A DNA stretch of 64,000 nucleotides from Botryllus schlosseri (taxonomy: Eukaryota), in assembly GCA_051294905.1 (NCBI GenBank), contig CM119372.1:19780001-19844000 (forward strand), in the 5' to 3' direction. Numbering within the stretch: the first letter of the stretch is position 1; every line of letters begins with the position of its first letter. Made by a program: the position numbers and the translations under genes. A model generated the notes under the pieces. The model had not been told where the DNA came from, made no database searches, and worked only from the letters and a program-made list of their open reading frames with translations. Shown in pieces: positions 13,386-27,600 of the stretch.

Positions 13386-15238
13386 ACGTGAACTACGTAC
13401 ACTATGTACAGCTACGGTACCGATCTTGTACGGCGGAAATGCGTTCGCGATTACGAATGAGTCGAATCCGAAACTCTTCTCTACGACATCGAAAATGACA
13501 GCTCACCGCGATAGCTCTTCGTAACCTTACCCAGCGTGGAGCAGGAAGCAGAGGGAAATGTGCTTAATCAGAAAGCACGTAGGCTACTTGGCTACTTGCT
13601 GCGAACTGATGCTGTATTGTGTCGTTACACTGTTACAGTGCTGTCATCGCCGTTTCATTATGTAATTAGCTCAGAACGTCCCGTATATTTCACTGTTATT
13701 TGGTGGGGACCAAGCAGTTTACGTCCCAGCTGTAAACATGCAACCATACCCGATTCTATGCGACGAGTATTTAACTATCCACGCAACACAGATGCTAAAC
13801 TATGCATATTTGTTGATGTTGTGCTGTATACATAGTACTGTGCATAGTACTGTACACCCAGACATTCCAAGCTGGCATCCGTGGACAATATATATCAACT
13901 TAACGCAAAATGCATTACATATCACGCTATTGCAATATTGAAAGGAAAGGAAAGGACGTAGTTTATTTTTGTCCTTGATGTTTTTGCGGCATATACACCG
14001 ACTCATGATACACATACACACGATCTGCGCATATGCATACCATGAGTGCATGAATGTTCAATTGGAATACTTTATACGTGCGCACGCGCTGCTCAGTAGT
14101 AATAATATGCAATGCGATTTCATGCACCGGTCATGCATCTTGTTCTGTATGAAATGATTTAATTATTGACGTTTGTAATATTTAAAAGATTGATAACGTC
14201 TCGACAATCCTTTATAAACTGCTTCGTTGCAGTTAGACTGCACAATGGTGTCATGTTTTTCTACGCATACTATTATTTCGTATTTGCGTTAGGAATTAAT
14301 ATTATTTGTTCGCTCATTCTTTGCTCTGCATACTACCTATACCGCTCATTCAGATTCGAAATGATGGGCCCAGTGAAATAATTTGTGTTGCGCAATGCGC
14401 ATGTATGCTTCTTGAATATTCTCATCCTCAACAACTTGCAAGACCGGTCGTGGCGGTGATTTCATCCTTTTCCTACTATAGGACCGCTACAGCCTGTAAA
14501 ATTTCAGTGATGATTGATGTTAATATTGCTAGCCATACTTGATGAGCTCAAGAAACTTTGACAACCATTCGTGTGTTGATCGCCGTCGTTATACTGGTCA
14601 AAGGACGTCTGATTCAGGGATGGGAGACCTCAGTTATGAAGCAGGCTAACACCGTGATAAAATAATGCCAAATTCATAAATATTGAATGTCACGGCATTC
14701 AAATATTCCAGTTGGCTATACACTGTGGTCTCAGCCGATTTGCTTACACCTTACAGGGTGCGTTCATACCTAATTTTGAGAACATGATTTCCAATAACAA
14801 TCCTTAAAATACCAGCAATGTGAGCGCAGTCGGAATCGCGAGGCAGGTCAGAAAGTCATAATTTCTCAAACTTCGGCTCCCATAAATTTGAATCAAAATG
14901 CAGGCGGCCCCGCGCTGCCCGTCAATCATATTCGTGTTTTGAGAATAGGCGCGTTCATTTCACGGGAAATTATGACTGTATCGTAGTCTGTGGACTAGTT
15001 GCGTTTCTCAAGGTGAATATTGATAGAATTATTATCTGCAGTTTTATGGGGCAAGGTCCAAAGCGGTGTTGTACGACGTGTATTTGCTGTCGAGTATGCC
15101 TGCTCATCAGTACATTGCATCAAAATTTAGTTGAGATATATACAAGAGCGAAAGGAATAAGCTGATGTCATTATTACCTCTGTGCCGTACAGCATCATAT
15201 AAATGTTGAATAGCTAGCATACCTTTGTAGTAGAAAAG

Positions 15239-15454
15239 ATGTGGTCACGAGGTATATTATGGCACACAGAAGAAACTAAATTGCTCGTCGATCTCTGGTC
15301 TGAGAAGCAGATACAAGAGAAATTATTAAAACGATGTGTTAGCAATAGGGAAATCTATGGTAGCACATCACAATCACTGCAACTATGGGATCACGATAGA
15401 TGTCAGGAGAGTCGAGTCATGTCGAGTTTTCCTGACCGTCTACGTCGTCGTTAA
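15239..15454 (+). pseudogene. Myb/SANT-like (trihelix) domain remnant, probably from a PIF/Harbinger-derived element (~14757-15824)
   Basis: WHTEETKLLVDLWSEKQIQEKL..NREIY..S..L matches the Myb/SANT-like DNA-binding motif and decays before the QCRxK helix; flanking g(c/t)gcg(t/c)tcatttc inverted motifs at 14948 and ~15811. Confidence 0.6.
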
Positions 15455-17503
15455 TTTTGCAACAGTTATTTATATAAAACAACACTTATCAAGCTACCAT
15501 ACATCTGAGTAGCAAACAACTGTTGTTAATTCACTAGATCTCGCATCGCCATCCTTATACTGCTCCCATCTTCTGATGCCCCTTTAATGGCCATTGTACC
15601 GCTCAGCCATAACACAACGCAGTCCGTTATCAACGATGGGAACACCTCGGCGAGGTGATCTCATAACAACGATACCTTATAAGAAACATCGTTCAGAATT
15701 CACGATAATCCCGATGAAAATCGACTAGTGTGAGTGAAGGCAGAATCGCGAAAATTGCGGACAGGTTTGAACGATAACATTTCTGGGAAAATTCTGAGGC
15801 TTTTCGTCCTGAAATGAGCGCAACAATTTCTAAGAAAGATATAACTTAATCGCACTGTTACCTCTGATACGCAGGGCATCTATCACAATTGACAATCCAC
15901 CACGAAGAGATAAATAAATCAATAAATAAAATGAAAGTCTAAAGCCTGCTTGTCCCATAATAGGTATAGACTTGGCCTAATTTGTACTGATGTTCAAGAA
16001 AGAAATAGGCCCGTAAGTATGCTCCACCATCAATTTATACTAACTTATTAACCCTGCATCAGCTTCTCACTATACTCGGACGCTTTCGAATCTTGCATAA
16101 AAGCGAATGTATTAGCTTATACTTCGGGTTCGGAATCGTATGCGACCAGATATTGACCTAACGGGAATTCGACTAACATGTTGCAGTTCTAACAGTGATT
16201 TGGTGCAGCAAATGCTGTCACTTAGTTGATTTACTGTTGCTGCACATTATACTTGAGAATTATTTAGTTCTTTGACTATTTAAATGAGCTCAGTAATCGG
16301 ACATTGCAACATGACCAATTGACCATGCCCCGTAGGCCAGGACTTCCAGAACTGGATACCGCGTAGCGAATTTCGGTGGTCACAGAGAGGGTTCTAATTT
16401 CACAAGAGGTGATGCATATTATACCAGTGGAATCACAATCCCCGGTTCACGGCAACTTTCCAGTCGGCCGCCACCTATATTGCAATTTCATAATTCAATT
16501 GAAAAATACAAGGTGTCTGACATCAATTGATAAATTGAGTTATACTTTCGCCAGTTCCGTAATTGGCGGCATTGTGACGTGACGTCGTAGAATTCTTTGA
16601 CTACTTTGGTCTTAACCCGATAACGTGTATATACGTCGACAAAAACTAAAAGAAGGATCTTCACACTTCAGTTATTTTGACACGACGGGCTGGTAATGTA
16701 AACCATAAATAGATGGACTAATTATGCAATGAGTACCAATGGATTATACAATGGAACTCTAACTGAACGTACAATTTCGAGATTTCATATTTACTTGTAA
16801 CACAAATCAGTGACAATAATATCCAATGCGACTATACGTGCCAAAATAATTACTGCGTTTTAAACATATGCAAATATTAATATATTCCAGATAATCCTCT
16901 GTTACTTGGTTCCCCACAATTGATCCTGAATTTTCAATTCCTTACTGCACAATGTCATACTTGTCATCCTCCAGTAATGGCTTGGAAGACATAATTTGGT
17001 GAATGGTTTCAAGAGAGTTTATAGAGAATGTAGCCAATGTAGCTCACTATTGATAAAAGAAACGAGTTATAACGGCAGCAAGCCTATTGTAGAAGATGAT
17101 AAGACGCGGCAAATGCCACATTATTTTGGAATAAGCGAGCGAGTGCATTGATACAAATGTTTGCTAAAAAGGAAACTTACAAACTGCACTTCCAGATGAT
17201 GGAAAGGCAATGAACAGTGTTACTGTTTATTCAACGCGTACAATTATTTGATTTGCGGTATGCTGTTGGCGAGTGAGAGACCTAAGTCTTCCCAGTCGGA
17301 TCATCATCACGGCATTGCGATTCTCATTGCAACAAGCCAGTTGAGCATTTTTTCATTGTACGCTGTTTATCATGGGAGCAGTGACGCTCGCGCAGAAAAT
17401 CTTAGTAGAATAAAATGGGTCGCGATACCAGCAAAAGAAATTGGAAAGCCCTGCCATATCTTTGAGAAGCTAAGGTGAAATTGTTACACAACAGCATTCG
17501 CAG

Positions 17504-18541
17504 CAGATAGGAGCGGATTAGAAAATTTTATGTCCTAATCCAATCCAAATCCGAAGATACAAATCCTAATCCAAAACCATATCTATTGTTTCAAATCCTA
17601 ATCCTAATCCTAATCCGATTCAAACTTGGAATTCCACTTGGAAAGCCATGGCCTACATCAGTTGTTCTCAACCTTTCTGTCTTTGCGGACCCCTTTTCGA
17701 ACGTCACGGGCCCCGCGGAACCCCTCAAGATTTCGTTCAAAATTAGCTGCAACCGTCATCTGTGTTGTGCAAATATTAATTGTACGCTAGTGATAAACAG
17801 CCACAAAATGAATTTCCTTGAAAATAACATCACACTATATATGTGGAAATTAGGTTGACTTTTATTATTTCAAAGCGAATTTGCAGCTGTATTTATTGTT
17901 CTTCAAAATCCGCGTCTTCCATTTGATATGAGCGAGTGGCGAAAATCCATTTCTACAAAGACAAAGTGGTGGCGAATGCAATATTAACGCGTAACGCTTC
18001 CGACGACAATTTGCTTAGACTGACATCTCCAAATCCAAAATGTTTTGCAAACATTTCGAAGTCACCCTGTTTGACCTTGCTATTTCCAACATTTCATTTT
18101 TCCACAAACCCCGACAAAACAACTCTATATAGTAATATGTTTGCATCGGCAGGCTATTGGTAATTTGACAATTAAAATGAGTTTGCACAGTCGGATATTT
18201 CATCTCAGACGACCATCTTATATGATGTGAGTCCTTGAGTTTTAGCAATTATGAGCGAAACTGCATGGCTCATGTTTTCCTGATTAAAAAATAAATAAAA
18301 ATTAGGTTATCTATAATTTTACAAATTTAGAGATTTCGCAGACCCCCGGTTGAGAACCACTTCGGCCTACATATCATGCCAATATAATTCTGTAAGAAGA
18401 AATGAAGCGCTCCTTGAGTGCCAAATTACATGATGTCCATTGAAAAAAAAATATAATCCTAGTCCAATACAAATCCGTCAAAATTTCACAAATCCGGTTT
18501 CCTAAATTCTTATCCTAATCCATGCTCATTGCTCATCTCTG
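17504..18541. mobile_element. hAT-like MITE (CAGAGATGAGC-type TIR, AATCC repeats)
   Basis: cagataggagc / gctcatctctg; perfect TSD ATTCGCAG. Confidence 0.8.
17659..18364 (+). mobile_element. Charlie-like MITE (GCGGACCCC family) nested in the previous element
   Basis: cagttgttctcaacc / ggttgagaaccact; TSD GCCTACAT; homologous to 48324-49313. Confidence 0.8.
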
Positions 18542-18579
18542 ATTCGCAGCAAATATGCCCCGCATATAGGGCTAAGTAT

Positions 18580-19567
18580 TAGGGATGGTGTGAACGTGAG
18601 GTTCACGTTCGTGTTCTGTGTGTGAACCTCGGAAATTTAGAGGTTCGCGTTCACAACAGAACCTTGGTAGGTTCTGCACTGTGAACCTTTTTGGTAAATT
18701 GTAATTTGCACTTCGTTATAAGATCTCTTTGGTTCAAGTGTATTGCATTTCAACTGCGGGTCACTCTATGCATGGCGCTGGCAGCATAAAAAATCAACAC
18801 TAAACGAGCATGCACCATGACAACCTTCAAAGTTTTACTTGCTTTTTTGTTACCAAAAATTTCTCGAAATATTTAGCGTTCCGTTTTGAATATTTAGTGA
18901 CTCTCCGCTGTGAACTTGACCCGCAATCACACAACATCACGAGCGATATACGTAGTCAGCGAATGATGCTTATTCAACCAATCAATGACGTTGATATCGT
19001 TTTCTGATGTAAAATATCGAGTGGGCGTACGGGGTCAATCTTGACCAAATATCTTAACTGTATCATTAAAACCAAATCCGTGCGATTAAGGTGCGGGCTA
19101 CTGCTATATAACTTGTTGTTTATGGTATCGGTAGCGAGTATAGAAACCCGTTTTACACTCTGCTCAACATCAATGTAGCAATACTCAGACTCCGAACACA
19201 TTGTCCGGTCTGGCTAAGACCATTGAGGCGTAAGCTTATATTTCATGGTAAGTCCTCGTCGAAATTGTTGGCAAAGCGACGGAATGTATTGATTTTATGA
19301 GATTATTATATCCTTTGATAACCGCGGTTGATACATTTAGCGACGTTTAAAACGGCAATATGTAGCCTACTACAGCAATGCGACATTATGTGGCCCGAGT
19401 CTTCGCTAGGTATCGTGTACAATAATATAGGCTATCACTTCATTGAAAGATAGGGCTGGAATTAGAAATATGACGTCACGAGGTTCACGTTCGTGTTCAC
19501 ACAGAACCTTTCAAAAAGGTTCGCGTTCACACGAACCCGAACCTTTCAGAGGTTCACACCATCCCTA
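18580..19567 (+). mobile_element. hAT Ac-like MITE (TAGGGATGGTGTGAAC TIR), uninterrupted copy
   Basis: 16-bp perfect TIR, GTTCAC/GTGAAC subterminal repeats, perfect TSD CTAAGTAT. Confidence 0.92.
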
Positions 19568-19948
19568 CTAAGTATAACAATTGGGTATGGTCGAGGCTGA
19601 ATTGAGTATTGATTGTAATGATTCGCGTCGAGTGCTGGGAGCCACCGTAATTACACGCCCTTCGCGGCTAAGAATTATTATCATTTCCTTCGCGAGAGCC
19701 TGTGACACGGACTAAAGATATATCGAATTCAAAGCTTTCAAAACATGCAGCACTGAGACCTCGCTTGCTGTTCAATGTTCGTGTAATCGAAATGATCGCG
19801 CTATGAGTGATGTATAGTTCAAATCGTTTATCATGGAGTATAGCTGGCATTATGTCCTCTGCGCTCTTATAAAAGTAACTTTTCGAGCCGTCCGAACTGT
19901 GTGTCGCCATAATGAGTAAAACTAATATACTTAAATCATACTCTATAC

Positions 19949-20787
19949 CAGGGTCAGGAACCTAGGGGTCGGGAACATATGTCTCGCGAGCCATATACAG
20001 CTCCTTTGATGGTATGGTATGGATCTTTGGTAAATTTCCATTTTGTACTTCGTACGCATCTTATTCATATAATTTGCTGCAACCTTTTCATAACGGCCCG
20101 AGTCAATATTCATATGATTGCATCGACAGGCTCGGAACCACCCCTTTTCAAATCCCCAAAATTTGTGTCGATATTGCACGCAGAATTGCTCATTTATCAG
20201 TCCAATGTGATAGTTGTTATCTATAATATGGCAAATACGGTACTTTCAAATTATTTAGCTGTCTACATCGGACAAATCTAATCCGCCTAGTTCGATGCGA
20301 AGTTTGTAGACTTGCAAAACAAAGTTCCTGTCGCGGCCACATGCGACTTCACCGTGCCCATTATCGTACGATTTCAAATCTTGGATTGCGCGATGTGTTG
20401 ATTGATGGGATGGACAATGCAGTTTTGAAATCCAAATTGTCATCCTGATCATCGCCGAAAAATGAACTTCCTTGGAAGTGACATTCTCAATTCAAAATTC
20501 AAAATACAAACATCGCCATGTAGGCTTGCAGCTTAACCATACGTTCCCGCGGAACAATTTAAGAATGGAGCAGTAAAGTTAACCAAATTATATCAGCTAA
20601 GTTATTTCATGCTAAAATGTCTACCAACCGACTGGATTAGTGCGGGTGCGGGAGTAACAACATCAAATAACGTCACCATTATTCAATTGTGACGTAACAG
20701 TTGGTTACCATCGTCGTATGGCTCTTTAGGAATTGCAATTGGAAATATTGGACCAATACGGCTCTTTTGACGAGAAAGGCTCCCGAC
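19949..20787 (+). mobile_element. Charlie-like MITE (same family as 4563-5695), degenerate right end
   Basis: ggggtcgggaacatatgtctcgcgagccatata..ggctcttttgacgagaaaggctcccgac. Confidence 0.7.
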
Positions 20788-21612
20788 AAGTAGAGATCGA
20801 ATCGACTTTTCCCAGTCCAATAGCAACGTGATGTTACATAACATTTGTGTACGACCGTGCATTGTCATTTCAAGCGATAAGTGCTATGGCTGAGTTATGT
20901 TTGAACAAGACCCGTAGCAAACTGACGAAAGGATATGATCTATTGACTTTTGTGAGACATTGGACCGAAAAAAACCATCCTCATATATAAAGGTTTCTCT
21001 GCTGGCCATCAAGCAGTTATGTAATTTGCCAACAATAGACCAAACGCAAGAGCAAGATAAGTGCCTACTGTCCATGTTTTGTACTGTCTGCCCCTGCAGT
21101 CAGGAACAAGCCGACTGGCTGCTAAAGTGATCCCGTCGCTAGGATATACATCGTCGGTTCCAAGAGTATTGGACTATATATAGTATGAATTGTCAAGATA
21201 ATTAGAATGTACCTACAAAGCGACAGGTTTTGATAATTTTCAGTCTTGTCCAGATAAATTCACTCGAGGCTTAAAAATCGGGCGAAGCTGGTAATATTAC
21301 AAGCAGTACCGCTTTATAGCTTGTTGCCGTGATATATTGATGAAGCCCCATAATAAGCGACTTATAGTGTTATCGTCAAGGCAGTGTTAGGTGCAGATTT
21401 CGACCCATCGTTTTGAGTAGTCGTGCTTAGGGTCATAGAGATGTGAGCTGTGGGCTAAAGTCGATTTGTTAGTTATCGAACGACACTGTGCTTCCACGTG
21501 TTTTAAACTCGAACTTCAGTTGGAACTGGATTTTGATACATTTCAACTAACCGTTTCAGGGATTATTTGCTAATATTGGGAATATATTTATAATATTTGC
21601 AACTATTATATA

Positions 21613-24600
21613 ATGGCGGTTAGACAAGATGTCGTCGCATTACTGTCTGGACTTACGTTTATTATTTTTTTGCTTGGCATGATGTGGTTGTGGGGTGAGT
21701 AGGCTTGAAAGTGGAAGTGACTTTCCGCGTAGAGAGTGTAGAGTGGACTATGTTAATATTTGCTCGTTGTTTAGGAAACCTGGAAGGATGGCAAGCACTG
21801 TCTGGTTATACTCACAACGCTTCTGATAACAGTCAAGAACGTCTTATGTCGGAGCCATATGGATGTGATGACGACTCAATACCAGGTCTATTAATCCCAT
21901 ATTGCAGTGACAGAGTACTTTAGCTCCCCCCGTGTGTGAGGCTGTCACAGCAGACCAGTAAAGTAGAAAGTAGTTTTGGGGTGGGTTTTTTCAGCCTTTT
22001 GAGTGATATGATCATATGTGCTGGGCGAAATAGCCCCGTGTATCATGGTGGCAGGATATGTATTCGAAAACTGCTCTATTAGTCACTTTTCGTTATCACG
22101 AATATAGATCTTGCAATAAAAACTTTTGATTTACTATACTAAATGTAAGCGACACCTCGATCCAATTTACTTTTCAAAACTGCTTACTTATTACTTTTCA
22201 AGACTATCATTTTAGAAGAAGTAGTTTTAGAACGACTTGTAAATCGCTACTTACACTTGTATTAGGTAAACATTTACGGCTCACTTCCACTTCTACTCAA
22301 GTAGTAATACTGACTACTTCACAATCTTTGATATCCTATACCATTTTGACCAGGACGTAGCGGGGCGGGTTGTACTTCTACTTGGTATTACTGGAAGCTA
22401 GCACCGAACGAGGCGACTGCTACCACGCGGGCAGTGGTTTGGCTCTTGTATTCACTCCATCAGATTTTCATATGGGGACTTATATATCGTGCACAACTTA
22501 CTGTAACTCAACAGCGAGATGCCGGAAATAACGATCCATACAGGTCGGTATGTAAGTGAACGTTCGTTATCAGTCTTGTTGTGTTGTTGTTGTTGTTGCC
22601 GCCACCTTGTGTTAACGATCTGTCGATGACAGAGGGCGGCCGCGGCATATTCTATAACTTCCTGTTCTGATGACCGGGACACTGACTTAAAAAGAAAAAA
22701 ATGTATAAACAATGTCGCTAGTCACTAGAGCTGTTGTCTATATTCTACTGTCACCAGGAGTACATTCATCATCGACGAATTTCGATGGGTTGGTTTTATA
22801 GGGAGTAAGTTCAAGAAACAAAAGAAGTGAACAGTAACCAATATTCACGTACATCCCGAAAATTCATAAAAATAGTTGTAACCTCTCGCGAAGCCCATTT
22901 TCAACTCCATCCGCATTACACCCGCAACATCCTTCAGTCTCATGACTCATCCATCCACTCACTCGCTAACTCGATTACGCGTATTTCCGCACACGATCAC
23001 TGACTCACTTACTCACAACGAACCGCGAATGTGGGAGGCATATACCTAGAGCAGGGGTCGGGAACCTTTTTCGATCGAAGAGCCATATTGGCCCGATATT
23101 TTCAATTGTAACTCCCAGAGAGCCATACATGTCAATCAACCGTTACGTAACAATTGAAAATCCGTGACTTATGGGTAGCACTATAGTCTATGGCAGTGGT
23201 TCCCAACCGGGGGGGATTTTGAAATTTTTAGGGGGGAATCTTGCCTAATTTTTTTAGGGTAAATCTGGCTTGGGCATTGTATCGGAAGATACACTGGGTT
23301 CACAAGATTTTTAGATTTTTATGGTATACAACTGTTAAGTAGAAATTGGTTCTTTAGAATTGTATGTTTCTTTGGCGGATTTCAAGCTAGGTGTATATGT
23401 TTAAATGCCTTCCGTATATATTACACCCGATTTGGTGGTCTTTCAGGTATAGATTGTGGTCATGAGGTGGTGTTTCAGGTATATAGGCTGCGGCGGTGTG
23501 GTGAGAACGCATGGTCGCTCATGAGATGACCTTTCAGGTATATAGGCTGTAATCCTTTGCACAGCAGTGGTAAATCATACAACGAATGTGTTTTTCGAAT
23601 GGAATTGTTGTTAAGCGTCAAGTATATATGTTGATTAAAGCCTACAATAAAACATCTCAATCGTAATCCAATTAAAACCACGAATCTATTTCCATCTTCT
23701 CACAAACTGCCGCCGTACAGAAATAATAAATTTTCTTTCTCCAACACCAAATTATACTTGTCACCAATCGTTTTCATGGAACACGAGACTCAAGCAACTT
23801 ATTTACTTGCTGCGACATGAATTCCGATTTTGTTTTGCAAATAGTTTCTAATTATTTTTAATAGTATTAACACTAATCACGTGACTGTTTTCGATACTTA
23901 ATACATATACAACACGATGTCGGCGATGCCTATACCTGAAATCACCACCACACCCATAAGAATCCACGTAATCCACGGTCATCACCACAGCCTATACCAG
24001 AAAAGGTCATCTCATGAGCGTTGTTACCACACCGCCGCAACCTATACCTGAAACACCACCTCATGACAACAACGTATACCTGAAAGACCACCTCACCGCC
24101 ACAGTCTATACCTGAAACACCACCTCATGACAACAACGTATACCTGAAAGACCACCTCACCGCCACAGTCTATACCTGAAACACCACCTCATGACCACAG
24201 CCTATACCTGAAACACCACCTCATCACCTCCGGTTTCCAGAAAATGGCGCACCACCTCACCGCCGCACCCATAAGAGCCAACGCAGGCTATACCTCAAAC
24301 ACCACCTCATGACCACAGCCTATTCCTGAAACACCACCTCATCGCCCCGAGTTTTCAGAAAATAGCACACCACCTCACCGCCGCACCCATAAGAGGTCAT
24401 GTTAGTGTTCCACCGATTACATATACTATACTCACGGTGTACGTTGAGCCGCCAATACAGCAGTACATTCACACTGCAGCGTGTGATAGGTCAGTGGCGT
24501 GCGATTAGGGGAGGGCAAGCTGGGGGGGCAAGTTGTTGCACATGTCGTCAGGGATGAATGAAGTAAAATTGTGAAACCGTCAATAATTATTGGTATTTTC

Positions 24601-27600
24601 TATCGATGTTTTTTTTTCTAAATTTTGAACATTTCTATTCCCAAAATCACGGAATTTTTATATTTATTGTTCGAAAATGAAGCGCGAAAGGAGAGGCAAG
24701 GCACAGATGAGGTACAGACAGGCCAAACATCACCTGCGATAGCGCAACTCATCGTAGATGGTCTAGTATGTATAATCACTAACATTAATCCAATGTAATT
24801 GTCACGCTGATTCCGAAATTCTACATATCGATCGACTTCTAAAGTATTCGGCGTAATATAACGTTGCGCTACACACCTACATTTTACGGCGGTGCTCGAA
24901 AGCTACTTACTAAACAAGAACATGGATAGCTATGGCGGTGTTTTGAATGTGAATTTGTAATTGTGAATGTCACTTCCAAGGCAGTTAAATTCGCGAGGTA
25001 GATCAGAAAGACAATGTGTATTTGAAAACTGCATTGTCTTACAAGCGTCGCCATGTCTGCTATTCTCTTTGATCAATCAAGGTATCGTACAATCCCAGAT
25101 TTCAAGGCGCGCGATGGCGGGTAGATCGAATTCGCGAGCGGTGTTAGTCGCTGGCGTCGACAGTAACTTAAATTTGGGGGTTTTGAAAGGGGGGTACGAG
25201 CCCCCAACCCTGGATACTCCACTGCTATGACCATTCACAGACATGTTTATGCTGCCTCGACAATAATTATTCTGTCCGTCATGAAAATTGACTAACAAGT
25301 TGTTGCAATATTGCTAAATTGAGTACAAAATTAAAAATTATACCATAAAGAGCCATATATGGCTCGCGAGCCATAGGTTCCCGACCACTGACCTAGAGTA
25401 TTGATAGAACATGGAAAAAGAATTTTTGAAAAATATATCGGTCGTCTGCAATGGAATAATCTTAAAGGACAGTGCGAACGCGTTGCAAGAGCAGGGTGAT
25501 AGGAATGTGTCAATTAATAAATGATGCGTCTGCAAAAGATGAATTTCACATCTTCAATCGGGAGAAATATTGGGTTAAAATGGGAAGATAGTAGCGAAAA
25601 TCACTAAAATACGCATGTTCGGACTTTGCACCGGAATATTTTGGACTCAATTTATTCAATAACCGAAAAATATTTGCTGGCTTCACGCTCTTCACCTTTC
25701 GGTATTCACGTGATTGTTATGCGCAGTTGGATATTAAACTTTAGTGATAAGTCACGCCTTCCGCGTTATCAATTATTAACAAGATATTTGGCTTTGCAAC
25801 ACAACTGATAGAAAGTATATGTCCGGACATCAAGTCTGGGGTATGTTTGGAGTATGTTGGTACTGTTTTGCGACCCGGACATCATGTTTGGGGCATTGGC
25901 GTAGCCAGGAGGGAACCAGAGGGGACTTTTCGTAAATTAATATAAGTTAGAGTATGTTTTAGCAGATGTACTCAACTTGTAATTTTTCTTCGCGCTTCGC
26001 GCGATATATAGTTTTTTGATTGCTGAGTACTCGTCTCTCGATAAATCAAAATAAAAAATGGGCTTGATGTACAGAATTGAATCTCTGCATCCGTGTGTGC
26101 TGCCTGCCGTTGCGGAACTATTAAGAACCAACTTATCAGCGCCAAAAAGACAATTAAGTCAGATAGGTTTAGCTAACACTAATTGCGATCCCAGAAAGAT
26201 CGCCGGCGATAGAACCTTGGTCGAAGACCGCGCGGGATGGCCCTGTCTATGCAGCCTGACAACCACCCCCTCCCCATTTGGGGGCGAACTCGAATGGGGG
26301 AAAAATTATTTCGTAAATAAACATAAATTCATGGAGTATTTTGGGTTTAACCATTAAACCTAAAATTATTCTTCGAGCTCCGCGAAGTACGTCATCCCCC
26401 CAGATAAATAATTCAGGTTAATATAGAAATAGGCATTTTGACACCTCATGTTAAATTGTCAGTTGTTCATATACGTGCCTAAATGGTCGCTACCGAATAG
26501 TCCTGTCTTTGCAATCTCAGAAAATGACACACCCCGTGATGAAATGTCAACTTGGAATCGTGTGTGTCTCACGAAAGACGTTCTTCTTTTTGTTCAGTCT
26601 AGTACATTTGTGCTATTACAATATCTTTAAATCATATAGAAGCTGGGAGGTCACGAAATAGGAACATGCAATACATCGATTAGTAACAACGCCCGCCCCC
26701 TCGTAGATGGATAATTACTTATTTGTATATCATTAACGTGCCCTAAACTTACGAAGATACCACCTCTCTTAGCGCTACCATTAAAACTGATCACTTGAGA
26801 AATTATATGATGTGCAATTACCAAGCCACCAGGAGTTCGGTCAATCGCCCTATGGCGTGCCCAAAACCAGTGCAAGTACAAATTGGCCAAATTCAACCAT
26901 AAAACTTTTAAAAATTCTCGCGATCAGCGCGGAAGTGGCGGTACACTGGTCAGCCTGGACATCATGTTTGGGGTGTGTTTAGAGTGTGTTGGTACTGAGT
27001 TGCAACCCGGACATCATGTCTGGGGTATGTTTGGCGTGTGTTGGTACTGCATTGAAATCCGGACATCATGTCTGGGGTATGCTCGGAGTGGGTTGGTACT
27101 GTGTTGCAACCCGGACATCATGTTTGGGGTGTGTTGGTACTGTGTTGCAACCATAGGATATCATGTCTGGGGTATATGTTTGGACTGTGTTGGTGCTACG
27201 TTGTCACACTTGAAGACACCCCATAGTTACCCTGGACAAGATATCCTATGTTCGGTATGCTCCTTATTGCCAAAATTAAGGCACCCTTTCAGAAAGTAGG
27301 AGTATTGAGCCATCTGCGAGTTGTGCCTGATCCGTGGTCCACCGTTTACATTGTGGTTTTTGTAATAGTCCGCTCGGTCCGCAGTTCTGATTGGTCCGCC
27401 GTTTGGTATTGCTCGTTCTGCCTGTTCCACGAGCCGCCCGCTCCGCCGTTTAGATTTGAGCTATTTCGTTATGGTCAGCTCGATCTGCAGTTCCGCTCGG
27501 TCCGCCGTTTAGTATTGCAAGTTCCGCCTGTTCCGCGATCCACTCGTTCCGCCGTTTAGACTTGAGCTATTTTGTTATGGTCCGCTCGGTCCGCTCCGCA

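Noticed and set aside
26883..27559. 138-aa and 103-aa ORFs
   Set aside because: Translations of tandem repeats
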